Assembly: GCF_009914755.1 (NCBI RefSeq) | Contig: NC_060933.1 | Direction: 5' to 3' (one strand) | DNA: 64,000 nt | From: the human T2T-CHM13v2.0 reference genome, Homo sapiens | In this document: in pieces, positions 25,463 through 37,659 of the stretch | Layout: each line of letters opens with the position of its first letter | Numbering within the stretch: the first letter of the stretch is position 1 | Position numbers and translations under genes: made by a program | The notes under the pieces: model-generated | The model's input: the letters and a program-made list of their open reading frames with translations, nothing else | Database searches by the model: none | What the model was told of the DNA's origin: nothing

Positions 25463-25996
25463 TACTAGTGGAACACAGCTAAGCAGTAATTCATACTTCT
25501 CTATTCTCCACTCTTATTCCAAAATGATGGGTGTAATGCTGGCCAGCTAGACTGGTTTTATAACTTTTTAACCTTCCTTTGTTCCCTCTCTACACATTTC
25601 ATTACACTGAACTACCCCACCAATGGACATTTGAAAGGTCATATTGTTGAAAAAGACTGCAGGGCACGTGACTCAGGATATTTTGGGTACTAGTCCTTCT
25701 TCTGCCACTGACTTGGGGTGTGTAGCTGGGCATCTCTTTCCTCTCTGGGCCTTGGATTTCCATATTGGCAAAAACTGAAAGATGTCCTGTAATTTTTCGT
25801 GTTACTCTAGCATTTATGATACAATTGGATGAGATATGAACTATGAAATGGGAAATCACCCTACATATTTCATTAGTTGAATAGTTTGTGATTAAGAGTC
25901 TAAGTTTCTCACAAGCATCTCTTTTGTTTCTTGGAAGTTAAGATCGCACCTGGTTGCTTGGGATGTACAGGGAGTCTGGGCAAAAGCAAGGATAGG

Positions 25997-26368
25997 TGTA
26001 TTAGTCTCTTATCATGCTGCTAATAAAGACATACTTAAGACTGGGTAATTTATAAAGGAAAGGAGGTTTAATTGACTCACAGTTCAGCATGGCTGGGAGG
26101 CCTCAGGAAACTTACAATCATGGCTGAAGGGGAAGCAAACACATCCTTCTTCACATGGTGGCAGGAAGAGAAGTGAGTGAGTAAAAGGGAGAAAAGCCCC
26201 TTATAACCCCATCAGACCTTGTGAGAACTCATTATCATGAGAATGTCATGGAGGGTAACCACCTCCATGATAAAATTACCTTCTATTGGTTCCTTCCATG
26301 ACATGTGGAGATTATGGAAACTACAATTCAAGATGAGATTTGGGTGGGGACACAGCCAAACAATATCA
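25997..26368 (-). mobile_element. THE1 (THE1C-like) MaLR solo LTR
   Basis: tgtattagtc...gactgggtaatttataaagg...gagatttgggtggggacacagccaaacaatatca. Confidence 0.9.
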
Positions 26369-27189
26369 ATGTGCTTATAGCAGGGTCTTTGCTGCTACTT
26401 GATGTTTTGTCTCTGAAGATTCCATCTGTGGCTAGAAAAAACAGTATGAAGTGGAAAACCATTCACTGATACTGAAGCATAATGTATGAGGGGCTGGAAT
26501 AGTAAGAAATACAGTAGAGGACTGTGCAGGGCCTTGGATGCCAGGGTAATGGACACAACACTGATACCCAAAGAGGGGGGTAAGGTAGAATGCATAATGG
26601 AACAAATATCCATGTAACTGGGTGAATTATTTCTCATCTTTATGTTTAAAGTTCAGAAAGATGGTAGAGTAGAATTAGCCAGATGCATTTTGGAGTAGAT
26701 AATAGTTTGCTGCCTCTTTATTTTTCCCATCAAAATTAAATGGCTTCCAATATTCACATAATTGAGAAAACTGAGGCTCAAAAAGGAGGAGTTTACAACT
26801 CCACAGTGATCACATTGTGAGTTAGTGGCAGAGTGGAGACAGCCAGCCAGGCCTCAGAACACCCTCCTCTTGCCTTATATAATTCAATAAAAGGAGACAC
26901 ATTGATGCTGGTTTTTCCATCTTGCTTTCCTATACCTCCCCATTCTTGGGAGGGTTTTTCACTAAGATTTCAGTATTATTGTTGCCATTTACTCCTAGCT
27001 AGAGGCATCAGAACTAATAAGGTCTAGAACAGAGTTCATGGAGCAAATGTCTCCTCTCTACTTGGCTGAAAAAAAAAACAAAAGGAAAGGAATGAAGATG
27101 TCAGTTGTGTTTTCAGAATGAGCTTTCCAGCAGATGGAGATGGGAACCTATATATATTTTTCTAACACTATCTTCTAGTTTCTAGTTCC

Positions 27190-27593
27190 TGTATTAGTTT
27201 CCAGTGCCCACCATAACAAATTACTACAAATTTCATGGCTTAAAACAAGAGAAATTTATTATCTCAGGTCCTGGAGGCCAGAAGTGTGAAATTACTGTTC
27301 CTTGTCTCTCCCAGCTTCCAGTGGTTCCCAGGTGTTCCTTGGCTTTGGCCAGATCATTCCAATCTATACCTCTATGGTCATCCTTCCTCCTTTTTTTCTC
27401 TGTGTGCCTTTTATAAAGACACTTGTCACTGTATTAAGCGTCCAGTCAGATAATCTAGAATGATCTCTTAATCTTGACAGCTTCAATTTAATTACATCTG
27501 CAAAGAACCTTCCCCAAATAAGGTAACAATCACAGATTTTGAGTATTAGGACATAGATATATGCTTCTGGACACCACCATTTAATCCACTACA
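27190..27593 (-). mobile_element. MLT1B/C-like MaLR LTR
   Basis: tgtattagtttcc...ggcttaaaacaagagaaatttatt...attacatctgcaaag...ccactaca. Confidence 0.75.
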
Positions 27594-27679
27594 CACAGGA
27601 ACTGTATGTACAGTGTCTCATCAGCTCCTCACAAGTCTGTGAGTTGTGGATATATATAAGCATTGGCTTTTGTTGTTAA

Positions 27680-27951
<272 letters not shown>

Positions 27952-30175
27952 TAGGAGGCCCTATCTTTAGAGGACATATATACAGATACACTATGTTGAA
28001 TAGGGGATTCCCATTAGGGTATTGAGTTTGACCCAATTATTATTCTCTTAACGGTTTAAAGGAACCTTGACTCAACTCTGACCCCGTCTCTATTTAGCTG
28101 TGAATAATTTTTAATGAGTCTGTTTGCCTCTTGCTCCTCAGATTTTCCAAGTGTGAAACGAGCAATCTGAACTATGAGCTCTCACTTAGTTTATGAGTCA
28201 AACCTTCCATCAAAATCAGTCCTGAAGACCAAGGTTTTGAAGGAATAATGCCATCTTTACAAGTGTAACTTTTGCTGAAAATATTCAAACTCTTCCCACT
28301 ACGACTCAACTAGTGATACAAAATCCAATTGCTAGGAAGCTTTAGGATTCACCCTGGTGAGGACCATCTTCCCTGAAATACTCTTTTCTTCTAGGCTATA
28401 CCTCTTATTTCACCTTCAAAACCCATCTTAAGTATTCCTCCTTCCCTGATCTTCCTAGGCAAAATTCACTAATCTTACCATCCCCTTTCCCCTCCCCTCA
28501 ATACTTTATGTTGTGCATGCTTGAATAGTGACACTTATCTTTATATATAATTATTCCTTTTTCTTATCTCACTCTTCTAAAGTGTGAGTAAATGCATGAG
28601 GTACTCTTAATATTCTTTGAGAAGATGTCAAGATGAGGAACCTACACTCTCACTTTTCTTCTTGATAGTTGATTGGAAGAGTGCCAGAGCTGTTAGAGGA
28701 AGAAAGTCTGAGTTAGTGAAATACAGAAGACATTTTTTAAAAGAAGTCTAGTGCTGTTTTTCCTTTGTGAAAGAAATTGCTTCTTTGTTTTTTTCCTCTT
28801 GTCTTTGCTTTCCCTCATCCTTTTCTTTCTGTTTTTTACCGTTTATTTTCATCCTCTATCAAACATGCATGCTGTGCTCTAACTAATTTGCAGTTACTCC
28901 TACGCCTAAAGATAAAGAGATAAATAAGCCACTGTCCTGCCATCGAATAGCTCATAGTCTCATGGCCAAGATAGTTGAGGAAATAATTACAGCACATCAT
29001 ACTATATCATATCATTTCATATATGACATATATACTAGTTAACATGGTACAATCATTGTATTACATATTTTTACATATAATTTTAATCTATAATATGTAC
29101 CATATTATACACTACAAGGAGGATGTGCCAATGCTTTAGCAGTCCTCCTCCTGGCTTTAGGAGAAGCCATATAGAAAATGTGTTAGAAAATGAATGTCTT
29201 CATCAGACAAAAAAAGGAAATTTAGAATGGAGCACACTCAAAATCTCAGAGACTGTGAACTTGAAAAGCAAACCCAGGCAGATATATGATAATCAAATAA
29301 AATTTTCTATGTCCACTTTTTTCATGGAAGAGCTATTTTTAAGGCTTACTTGGGGGTTCCAGTTCCCACGGTAGATGTTGTACCTCCACTAGCTCTGCAA
29401 GACAGTGGGCTGTGCCAACATCATCATCTGCCTACCATTCAGATCTCCATCCAAAGCAGACAGCAGGATACTAGCAAGCTGAGACTGAGCATATCACCCT
29501 TCTCCCTGAACACTCAGCCTAGTTTGCATTAGTCCCCTTCTCTGCTACTTCAGACTCCACAGAAACCATGTGTCTTTCCATTGCAAAGTTAATTTGCAAA
29601 ACACTCAATAAACTTCTAATTTTATTTTATTTTCCTGGGATCTGATGTTGCAAATAAAAGAAAATTATAAAATGGGGGCAATTACTGATTGGGCTGTTAT
29701 TGATTACTGTGTTATTTTAATACCACCAATAGCCATTAATTATCAGGTCATAAAGGTACAAAGCATAAGCTGATTTATCATAATATCCCTGTATCTTTGA
29801 CTGTGCTTGGCATAAATTAGGTAACCAGTAAATAAGAATTAAATTCAGTTGAGCAAGTTTGAAGGATTAAATGAAGCAGGCATTATTCATTTTCTTTATA
29901 TATCAGAAATGGATCAGAATTTAACCAAGAAGGGAGCTGACATTCCCCTTGTGGTGTGCTAGTTAGTCCAGGAGCTATTTCTTATGGTACGAAACACACA
30001 TACTCTCCTGTTGGGGTGTTTCTGTGGCTGACTTGATGGAGGTCTGCGTGCATGACCTTTCTCTTTTCAGCCCTCCTCTCCTGCATTGCATCTTACTTCA
30101 TGCTACTGACTATAAAATCTTTCTGAAATGCAGATTAGATCACCTGTCCAAGATTCTGTTTATTTTCATACCATT

Positions 30176-30830
30176 TGTGATGGTTAATACTGAGTGTCAA
30201 CTTGATTGGATTGAAGGATGTAAAGTATTGTTGCTGGGGGGGTGTCTGTGAGGGTGTTGACAAAGGAGATTAACATTTGAGTCAGTAGGGTGGGAAAGGC
30301 AGACCCATCCTTAATCTGGGTGGGTACCATCTAATTAGCTGCCAGCATGGCTAGAATATAAAGCAGGCAGAAAAATGTGAAAAGACTGGCCTGGCCTAGC
30401 CTCCCAGCCTACATCTTTCTCCCATGCTGTATGCTTCCTGTTCTCAAACACTGGACTTCACGTTCTTCAGCTTTGGGGCTTGGACTGGCTTCCTTGCTCC
30501 TCAGCTTGCAGACAGACGGCCTATTGTGGGACCTTGTAATCGTGTGAGTTAATGCTACTTAATAAACTCCCATATATATAGGATATATATATATATATAA
30601 AATAGAATATATATATATATCCTATTATATATAGATATATATATAAAATGGGATATATGTATATAGGATATATGTGTATATCCTATTAGTTTATAGGATA
30701 TATGTGTATATATATAGATACATCTATATAAAATGGGATATATGTATATAGGATATATGTGTATATCCTATATATATATACATAAATATATCCTATTAGT
30801 CTGTCCCTCTAGAGGACCCTGACTAATACA
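30176..30830 (+). mobile_element. ERVL solo LTR MLT2A1 with an expanded internal TA-rich tract
   Basis: tgtgatggttaatactgagtgtcaacttg...ccctgactaataca; TSD ccatt/cgatt. Confidence 0.9.
30571..30795. repeat. Complex (TA)-rich repeat inside MLT2A1
   Basis: aggata/tatcct inverted motifs; block tataaaatgggatatatgtatataggatatatgtgtatatccta present twice. Confidence 0.9.
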
Positions 30831-30835
30831 CGATT

Positions 30836-32088
30836 TAAGAAAATTGTAGTGAGAACACTTAACATGAGATCTATCCTTATACGAAATCTTTAAGTGCACA
30901 GTACAGTATTGTTAATTATAGGCATAATGTTTACAGCAGATATCTAGAACATTTGTCTTACATAGCTGAAACCCTATACTCACTGAACACAACTCATTTC
31001 TCCTCTCTGGCCCCTCACAGCCACCATTTGGTTGTCTGTTTCTATGAGTTTTACTATTTTAGATCTCTCACAGAATTAGAATCATGCAGTATTTGTCCAT
31101 TTGTGACTGGATTATTTTACTTAGCTTCAGTGACTGGATTATTTTACTTGGCTTTACAGAGTTTATTCATGTTATTGTATATGGCAGGATTTATTTCTTT
31201 TTTTAAGGCTGAATAATATTCCGGTGTGTGTGTGTGTGTGTATGCAAATATACGTATTTTTAAGGCTGAATATTTCATTGTGTCTGTGAACACACACACA
31301 CATACACATATATAGACATTTAGGCTATTTCTTGGCTACTGAATAATGGCTTGAATAACATATATTAGCTTGAATAAATGCTGCAATAGATATGGAAGTG
31401 TATATATTTCTTTCAGATCTTAATTTTAATTCTTTTGGATATATACCTAGAAGTGAGAGGGCTAGGCCACATAGTAATTCCATGTTTAATTTTTTGAGGG
31501 AACTTCACACTATTTTCCACAGCAACTGCACCATTTTTACATTCCCAACAGTGTACAAGGGTTCCAATTTCTCTATATTCTTGCCAACATTTATCTTTTT
31601 TCTGATAATAGACATTCTAATAGTTGATATTTTATTGTACTTTTGATTGCATTCTCTGATGATTAATGATAGTGAGCATGTTTTCATATACCTATTGGCC
31701 ATTTGTATGTCATCTTTGGAGAAATGTCTACTCAAGTCCTTTGCCCATTTTTAAATCGTTATTTATTTATTTATTTTGCTATTGAGTTGTTTGAGTTTCT
31801 TACATATCTTAGATATAAATACCTTGTCAGATCTTTGGTTTGCAAATATTTTCTCCCATTCTGTATGTTGCCTTTTTACTCTGTTGATTGTTTCTTTCGC
31901 TGTGCAGAAGATTTTAGTTCAGTCTCACTTGTTTGATTTTGCTTTTGTTGCTTGCGCTTTTGATGTCACGTCCAAAAAATTATTGCCAAGTCCAAGGTCA
32001 TGAAGCTTTTCCCCTTCATGTTTTCTTTTAGGCATTTTATGGCTCCAGGTCTTAGGTTTCAATCTTTAATGCATGTTTAGTTGATTTT
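30836..32088 (-). mobile_element. L1MA9-like 3' fragment
   Basis: gtgagaacacttaacatgagatct...cagcagatatctagaac; ORF track 31505..31735 ([18 protein letters not shown]) is an ORF2 C-terminal remnant. Confidence 0.85.
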
Positions 32089-32502
32089 ATGGTCTCACTT
32101 CTGCCTGGGCCTAAGCCCCACCCCTCAGACATAAGCATACTCTACACCTGCATGGCTGGGCAGCCCTCAAATATGCCTTGGGTTTTCTCGATCCTTCATG
32201 GCTGCACATGTACCGTGTTCCAGGAAGATACCTGTTCACCATTTCTCCATTTGTTTGACTTTTTTTTTTTTAAAGCCCATCTCAGACCTGACTACCTCAT
32301 GGAGGCTTTCCCTGAAAGCCCATGGCTTGATTAGGGAATCACTCTTCCTTTTTTCATAGCCTGTGTTTTCTCTATTGGTCATGTGTGTGCTGTTTTCTTC
32401 AATTCAACTCTGAGTTCCATGAGGATAAAGATAATGTCCTTGTTCTTGGTAACATTCTCATTTCTAATCATAGGACCTAGCATCTACTAGTTGCTCAATT
32501 CA

Positions 32503-32600
32503 TAGGAAGGAAGGAAGAAGGAAGGAAGGAAAGAAGAAAGGAGAAAGGAAGAAGGAAGGAAGGAAAGAAGAAAGGAGAAAGGAGGAAAGGAAGGAAGAGA
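32503..32600 (+). repeat. (GGAA)n/GA-rich polypurine tract
   Basis: aggaaggaaggaag... Confidence 0.9.
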
Positions 32601-32689
32601 GAACATAGAGGGACAGTTATCACCAAATGGCAGCAGAAGACCATTTGGTGATATGACCATCCTAGAGGAAAAAAAGTGGGCACAGGGAT

Positions 32690-32830
32690 TGCTACACTCT
32701 GAATGTTTGTGTCCCCCTAAAGTTGATATGTTGAAAGCTAATCCCCAGTGTGATGGTATTTGGAAGTGGGGCTTCTGGGAGGCGATTAGATCATTAAGGT
32801 GGAGCCCTCATAAATGAGATTAATGTCCTT
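32690..32830 (+). mobile_element. MLT1A 5' fragment (duplicated copy of the element at 35162)
   Basis: Shares the unique upstream flank with the complete MLT1A at 35162-35523. Confidence 0.8.
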
Positions 32831-35161
32831 TTTCATGGTGATATGGTTAAGTTCAGCAAGAATTATTTTATGTATAAGCTCTTCAGAAAGAATTTGCAAC
32901 AGCTGCCCACTATCTGGCTTTGGAGGATCAAGGATGTGTGGCTACTCAGCTACTCCATAAACATTCTAGGGAGCTAAAGAGGAATTTGCTGTTCACCCTG
33001 GAAGCCAGTGGGTTGCTTTTGTTTGTTGTGTCTCTGCTGCCATGACTCCCAGATGACACCCCATCTACATAAATGTTGCAGCAAACAGAGATGGAGCCAC
33101 CAGGTGGATTTTTTCAACCCCAAGAACCTCAGCAAACCAGCAGCTGACAATGACTGAGAGTGGGCCCCAAACACAGGGGAAGGAATGTGGATCTGTCTCG
33201 ATCTGCCTCATGTGAGGGGAAATGATAAAGAAGGAGTCATAACAGACTGGCAGCAACTCAAGTATTTGGCACTAAAGGCCTCTTCCAAAGAATCATTTTC
33301 AAAGATGGGTCTGCACCCCTGCAGAAGTTCTCATGTTTCTATAAATGCTATGCTTGTCTTTCTTTCTTTTTTCTTTATCTTTCTTTCTTTTTCTCTTTTA
33401 AAAAATTTTCTGGTCTTTCAGTGTAAAGAATTAGAAGGGCCAGGTCTCAGGCATCAGGTAAAGACTGGAAAAAAATATATAAGGATGTAAAGCAAGCACC
33501 CCTTTGGAGAAACAGCAGGTCTGTCTGGAAGGTGTCCTTCTGCCCTCAGGGACCTTCTCTTTATGCCAGCAATGCCAGGCCCACTGAGTTCTTCCCACTT
33601 ACCTTGGTGTTGACCCGATGCCTGAATTCCCCATCACTTTTTCCAAATGGCTTTCCATCTCTTCTCTTCTCTTGACTATACCCTGGGGAAAAGATGCTCT
33701 TTGGGCTTCTCTTTCTACTTTATAAAGTAATTCCCTGCTGACAACAGAGTATAACCATACATTCTTGCCTGACTTTCCTTCAAAGTCATGTCTACCTTCC
33801 TCTCATGCTCTTGACTTTTTATTCATTAATTTCCTCATTTCTTCTGTGTCTGTCTCCACCTGTTCCCTGGATCTTCAGCTTGCAGGGATCCCCTTGTTTA
33901 TCACAATTAAGGTATACATTGGCTTAAAACCCTATTCTACAGATGGTGGGATCTCAATGTCCTATAATGTTCTATGAGGACTCCAGGGATTCCGGCCCTG
34001 GTTCAGGTCTCTCTTATTCTCCATCTCTTCACTTCTCCCACTGCCATTCATCAATGATTGGCAAACATTTCCTTTTAATTTATTTTCCCCAAACTCAAAG
34101 ATAATAATTGTGGATAGCAGACTTTTACTGACAATCCAACATCAGAGTATGCATGTAAAAGTGTGCAACTTTACAGCTGATCATGGAAATTATTTCAGCT
34201 CAGCCTGCATTCTTACTATTTCTCTTCCTCCTTCTCTCTTTTCTAGTACTTTAAACCTCCTTCTCCAATATTGTGGTTTATTTCCTGGGTAAAACTGTTT
34301 AACTGTTTTATCCTAGCCCTCGCCAGTGCCACTTTTAAATAACAAAATAACCCATGAGAGATTTTTGCTACTTAAAGGCCATTCTCTCCCTTAAGTACAG
34401 TTTAATCACTAGATATTAGTCTAACAGCTTTCTGTACTATACATTTGCTCAGTCGACAAATGGCCTTAGTGACTATGGATGTGAAAAAGGAAAGATTCCC
34501 ACTTTTCTCCTGTAGTTCGATGCTTTACATTATAGCTTCTTTCAAGTCTTGAGAGCAGGTGCCACATTTCATTTGTTTTTATATTGCTGGTGCCTAGTAT
34601 CATACCTAGTATGCATTGACAATATGCAGTAAATGTTTTATGGCAAAGTGGTTTCAGGTATTGTCATTAGGCACCTTTAAGAGGTGGGAAGATGAGACTC
34701 AGAAAACTTATGTCGTGAAGTCTTAATCATAGAGTAAATGGCAGAGATAGGTCTGGAAACACCCAAATGTTCAGACACCAAATATCAAACTTTTTCTTCT
34801 CTATCATATTAGTGGCATGTTTCCCATGAATAATAATTTATTTTTTCAGATTTTACACATATGCAAAATTGTTCCTTTCAGGCTGATTACCCATCCCTAC
34901 AGGTTCATCCCCCACTGCATTTGTGTGAGAATGGGTGGTGGGCAATTGTTGAGGGAGGGCACATGCAGAGCCCATTCTTGGCCCTCACTCAGGTACCAGG
35001 TGCTCCAGCCATCGTTACAGCTGACTGCTGAAGAAGCTACTGTAAGTCAGTTCAAAGAGTTTCTGGGCTCTTTTTTACACAGTCAGTCCTTGAAGGCACA
35101 AACTGGGCCATAGCAGCAGAAAATGACCATCCTAAAGGAAAAACAAATGGGCACAAGGGAT

Positions 35162-35523
35162 TGCTACAGTCTGAATGTCTGTGTCCTCCTAAAATTTGTA
35201 TGTTGAAACCTAATCCCCAATGTGATGGTATTTGGAAGTGGGGCGTCTGGGAAGTGACTAGATCATTAAGGTGGAGCCCTTATAAAAGGGATTAGTGCCC
35301 TTATAAAAGAGATCCCAAAGAACTTCTTCATCCCCACTACTATGTGAGGACTCAGGGAGAAATTGTTATTTCTAGGAACCAGAAAGTGGGTTCTCACCAA
35401 ACACCAAATCTTCTGGCACCTTGATCTTGAACTTGCCAGCCTCCAGAACTGTAATAAATAAATTTCTATTGTTTATAAGCTACCTTGTTTATGGTATTTT
35501 GTTAAGCAACCCAAACTGAGACA
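35162..35523 (+). mobile_element. MLT1A/MLT1A0 MaLR solo LTR
   Basis: tgctacagtctgaatgtctgtg...ccagcctccagaactgt...aactgagaca. Confidence 0.85.
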
Positions 35524-35537
35524 ATAATGTTGCCCAG

Positions 35538-35930
35538 TATATCAGTTTTCTATTGTTATGTTACAAATCACCACAAATTTAACAGCTAACATATAACACA
35601 ATTATCTCATAGTTTCTGTGGATTAGAAGTGTAAGCAAAGACTTAGTTAGTTCTCTGCTTAAGGTCTAGATCTTAAGCCAACAGCTTTTTGCACCATACA
35701 TTTACTCAGTAAACAAAAACTGACTACCCTTGAGTATGATATCCTAGGCCCTACTGACTATAGAGGTGCAAAAGGAAAGATTCCCACTCTGCAATCAAAG
35801 TGTCGGCTGGGCTGTGTTTTCATCTGAAAGTTTGACTGGAGAAGAATCAATGTCCAACCCCATTCAGGTTGTTAGCAGTATTCCTTTCTTTGTGGCTGTT
35901 CAGCTGAGGGTTTTAGCATTGTGGCAGCTA
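35538..35930 (-). mobile_element. MLT1D/E-like LTR interrupted by a templated insertion
   Basis: tcagttttctattg...caccacaaattt...ctctgcttaaggtct | ctgcaatcaaagtgtcggctgggctg...ttcaggttgttagcag. Confidence 0.7.
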
Positions 35931-36660
35931 TCAGTATATTTAAATTTCTTCTTTCTGGATTATTTTAACTTCCATTTCAATGAAAACAATATAAAAATAT
36001 TCCTTAAGTATAAGTAGTAAAAATTACTCAAAAATCATATGGGCATTAATTTTGAAGTAGGTATTTTACTATGAAATTCAATCTGAATAAGAATGTTGGA
36101 AATCTTTCCTGTGGAAATAATGATCAAAATAGTATCAAGATGAATTGATATTTTTTTTCTTTAGCATACGAACCCATAAATTGAACTGAATTCAGGAGAA
36201 TTGCTTGGGCTTAATTAGAAAATCCCAGGTCTTCAGTAAGTGCTACTTTATGACTTCATGTACTTCCCTAACAATACCCTTCTCTCCTCTCCTGTAACCC
36301 CTATGTCTTCTCTTTCCCCCATTTATGGGACTTCTACTGCTCTGTATCATTCACCAAATCTCTTGTATGGCCTGAATTAATTATTTGAGAAGTCCTGAAG
36401 ACTTGGTTGGGGACTAGGTCCCAAATATTCCAACTCCTAAAGGCTCAATTCAGCTCAAAGCATGCTTACTTGGAATTGGGTATATCAGAATTCCAGAAAC
36501 TTAATGTAATTTTTAAGATGAAAAGGCTGTATTTAAATAGTTGTAAATAGTTTGCTCTTTTCTGGAGTAGAGATGTGGACTTGCTTTAGGAGGAGCAGAC
36601 TGTGCCTTTTGCTTCTGTTTGCAGAGGGACTTCATTGTAGGCTCTTGCAGTCATCTAGGT

Positions 36661-36998
36661 CATGAGTCAACAAACTTTCTATAAAGGACCAGATAGAAAA
36701 TATGTTATGTTAGGCTTTGCAGTCCAGGTGGTCTCTGTCACAACTACTCAGCACTTCATTATAGCATGAAAGTAGACCTAGACAATATGTAAACCAAAAA
36801 GCATGGCTGTTATTACAACAAAACTTTATGGACACTGCCATTTGAATTTTATATGATTTTCATAGGTCATGAAATTTTATTATTTTTTTGACCTTTGTTC
36901 AATGATTGAAAAATGCTTAAACTTTTCTTGGCTTGCAGACCATAAAAAATCAGGCAGCAGGCTGGATTTAGTCCCTGGGGTATAGTTAGTCAACTTCT
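36661..36998 (+). mobile_element. MER58B hAT MITE
   Basis: caacaaactttctataaaggaccagatag...ttaggctttgcag...caggcagcaggctggattt...tagttagtcaacttctg. Confidence 0.8.
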
Positions 36999-37659
36999 GT
37001 TATAAATACAAAGCAAGCACCTACCCCTTGTTTTTTGGGAAAAAAAAAAAAAGTCTCTCCCCCATCCCGTTGGAAGTCATTTAGGGCTGCATTCAGAGTT
37101 ACAGGGATCTCAGGAGAGCTGGGGAGAAGAGAACTGTCTCTGAGGTTGGGCTTTCAAAATAACTGCTTGCTATATTTGGAGGCAGCAGCCAAAAGAAGAG
37201 CCTTATAGACTCCCAGCCCATTGCAGCCACGTGGAGGACAGCTGGGCCCAGCCAATCTAGGATTGCAGTGATCTCATGGGCAGGTGAGGGGGCTGTACAG
37301 GAAGATTACGAAGGGTAACAGCTGCCACTTGAGTGAAATCATCTCAGTAGAGCAAGGGGCGACCTGTAGAAGAACAGATGGCTGTCTGGAGATACATGCC
37401 TGGTTTATACAAAAGGCGACAACCAAGAGAGAGTTGTGGAAAATTTTAAAGTGTCATGAAGATTCCCAGGGATATTTTGTGAAGTGTGGTGCAGCACTGG
37501 TAAAAGAATGAATTTTCATTGAGTAGCTTGAGGAATAATGCACCTATAATTTGGACGCCCAAAGAAGTGTAGGGTCTGACTTCTGAGGTCTGAGATGTAT
37601 GTTATCATAAACACTTTTGGTTTCCAAGCAACATCTGTATCTCTATTCTTCATTCTGTT

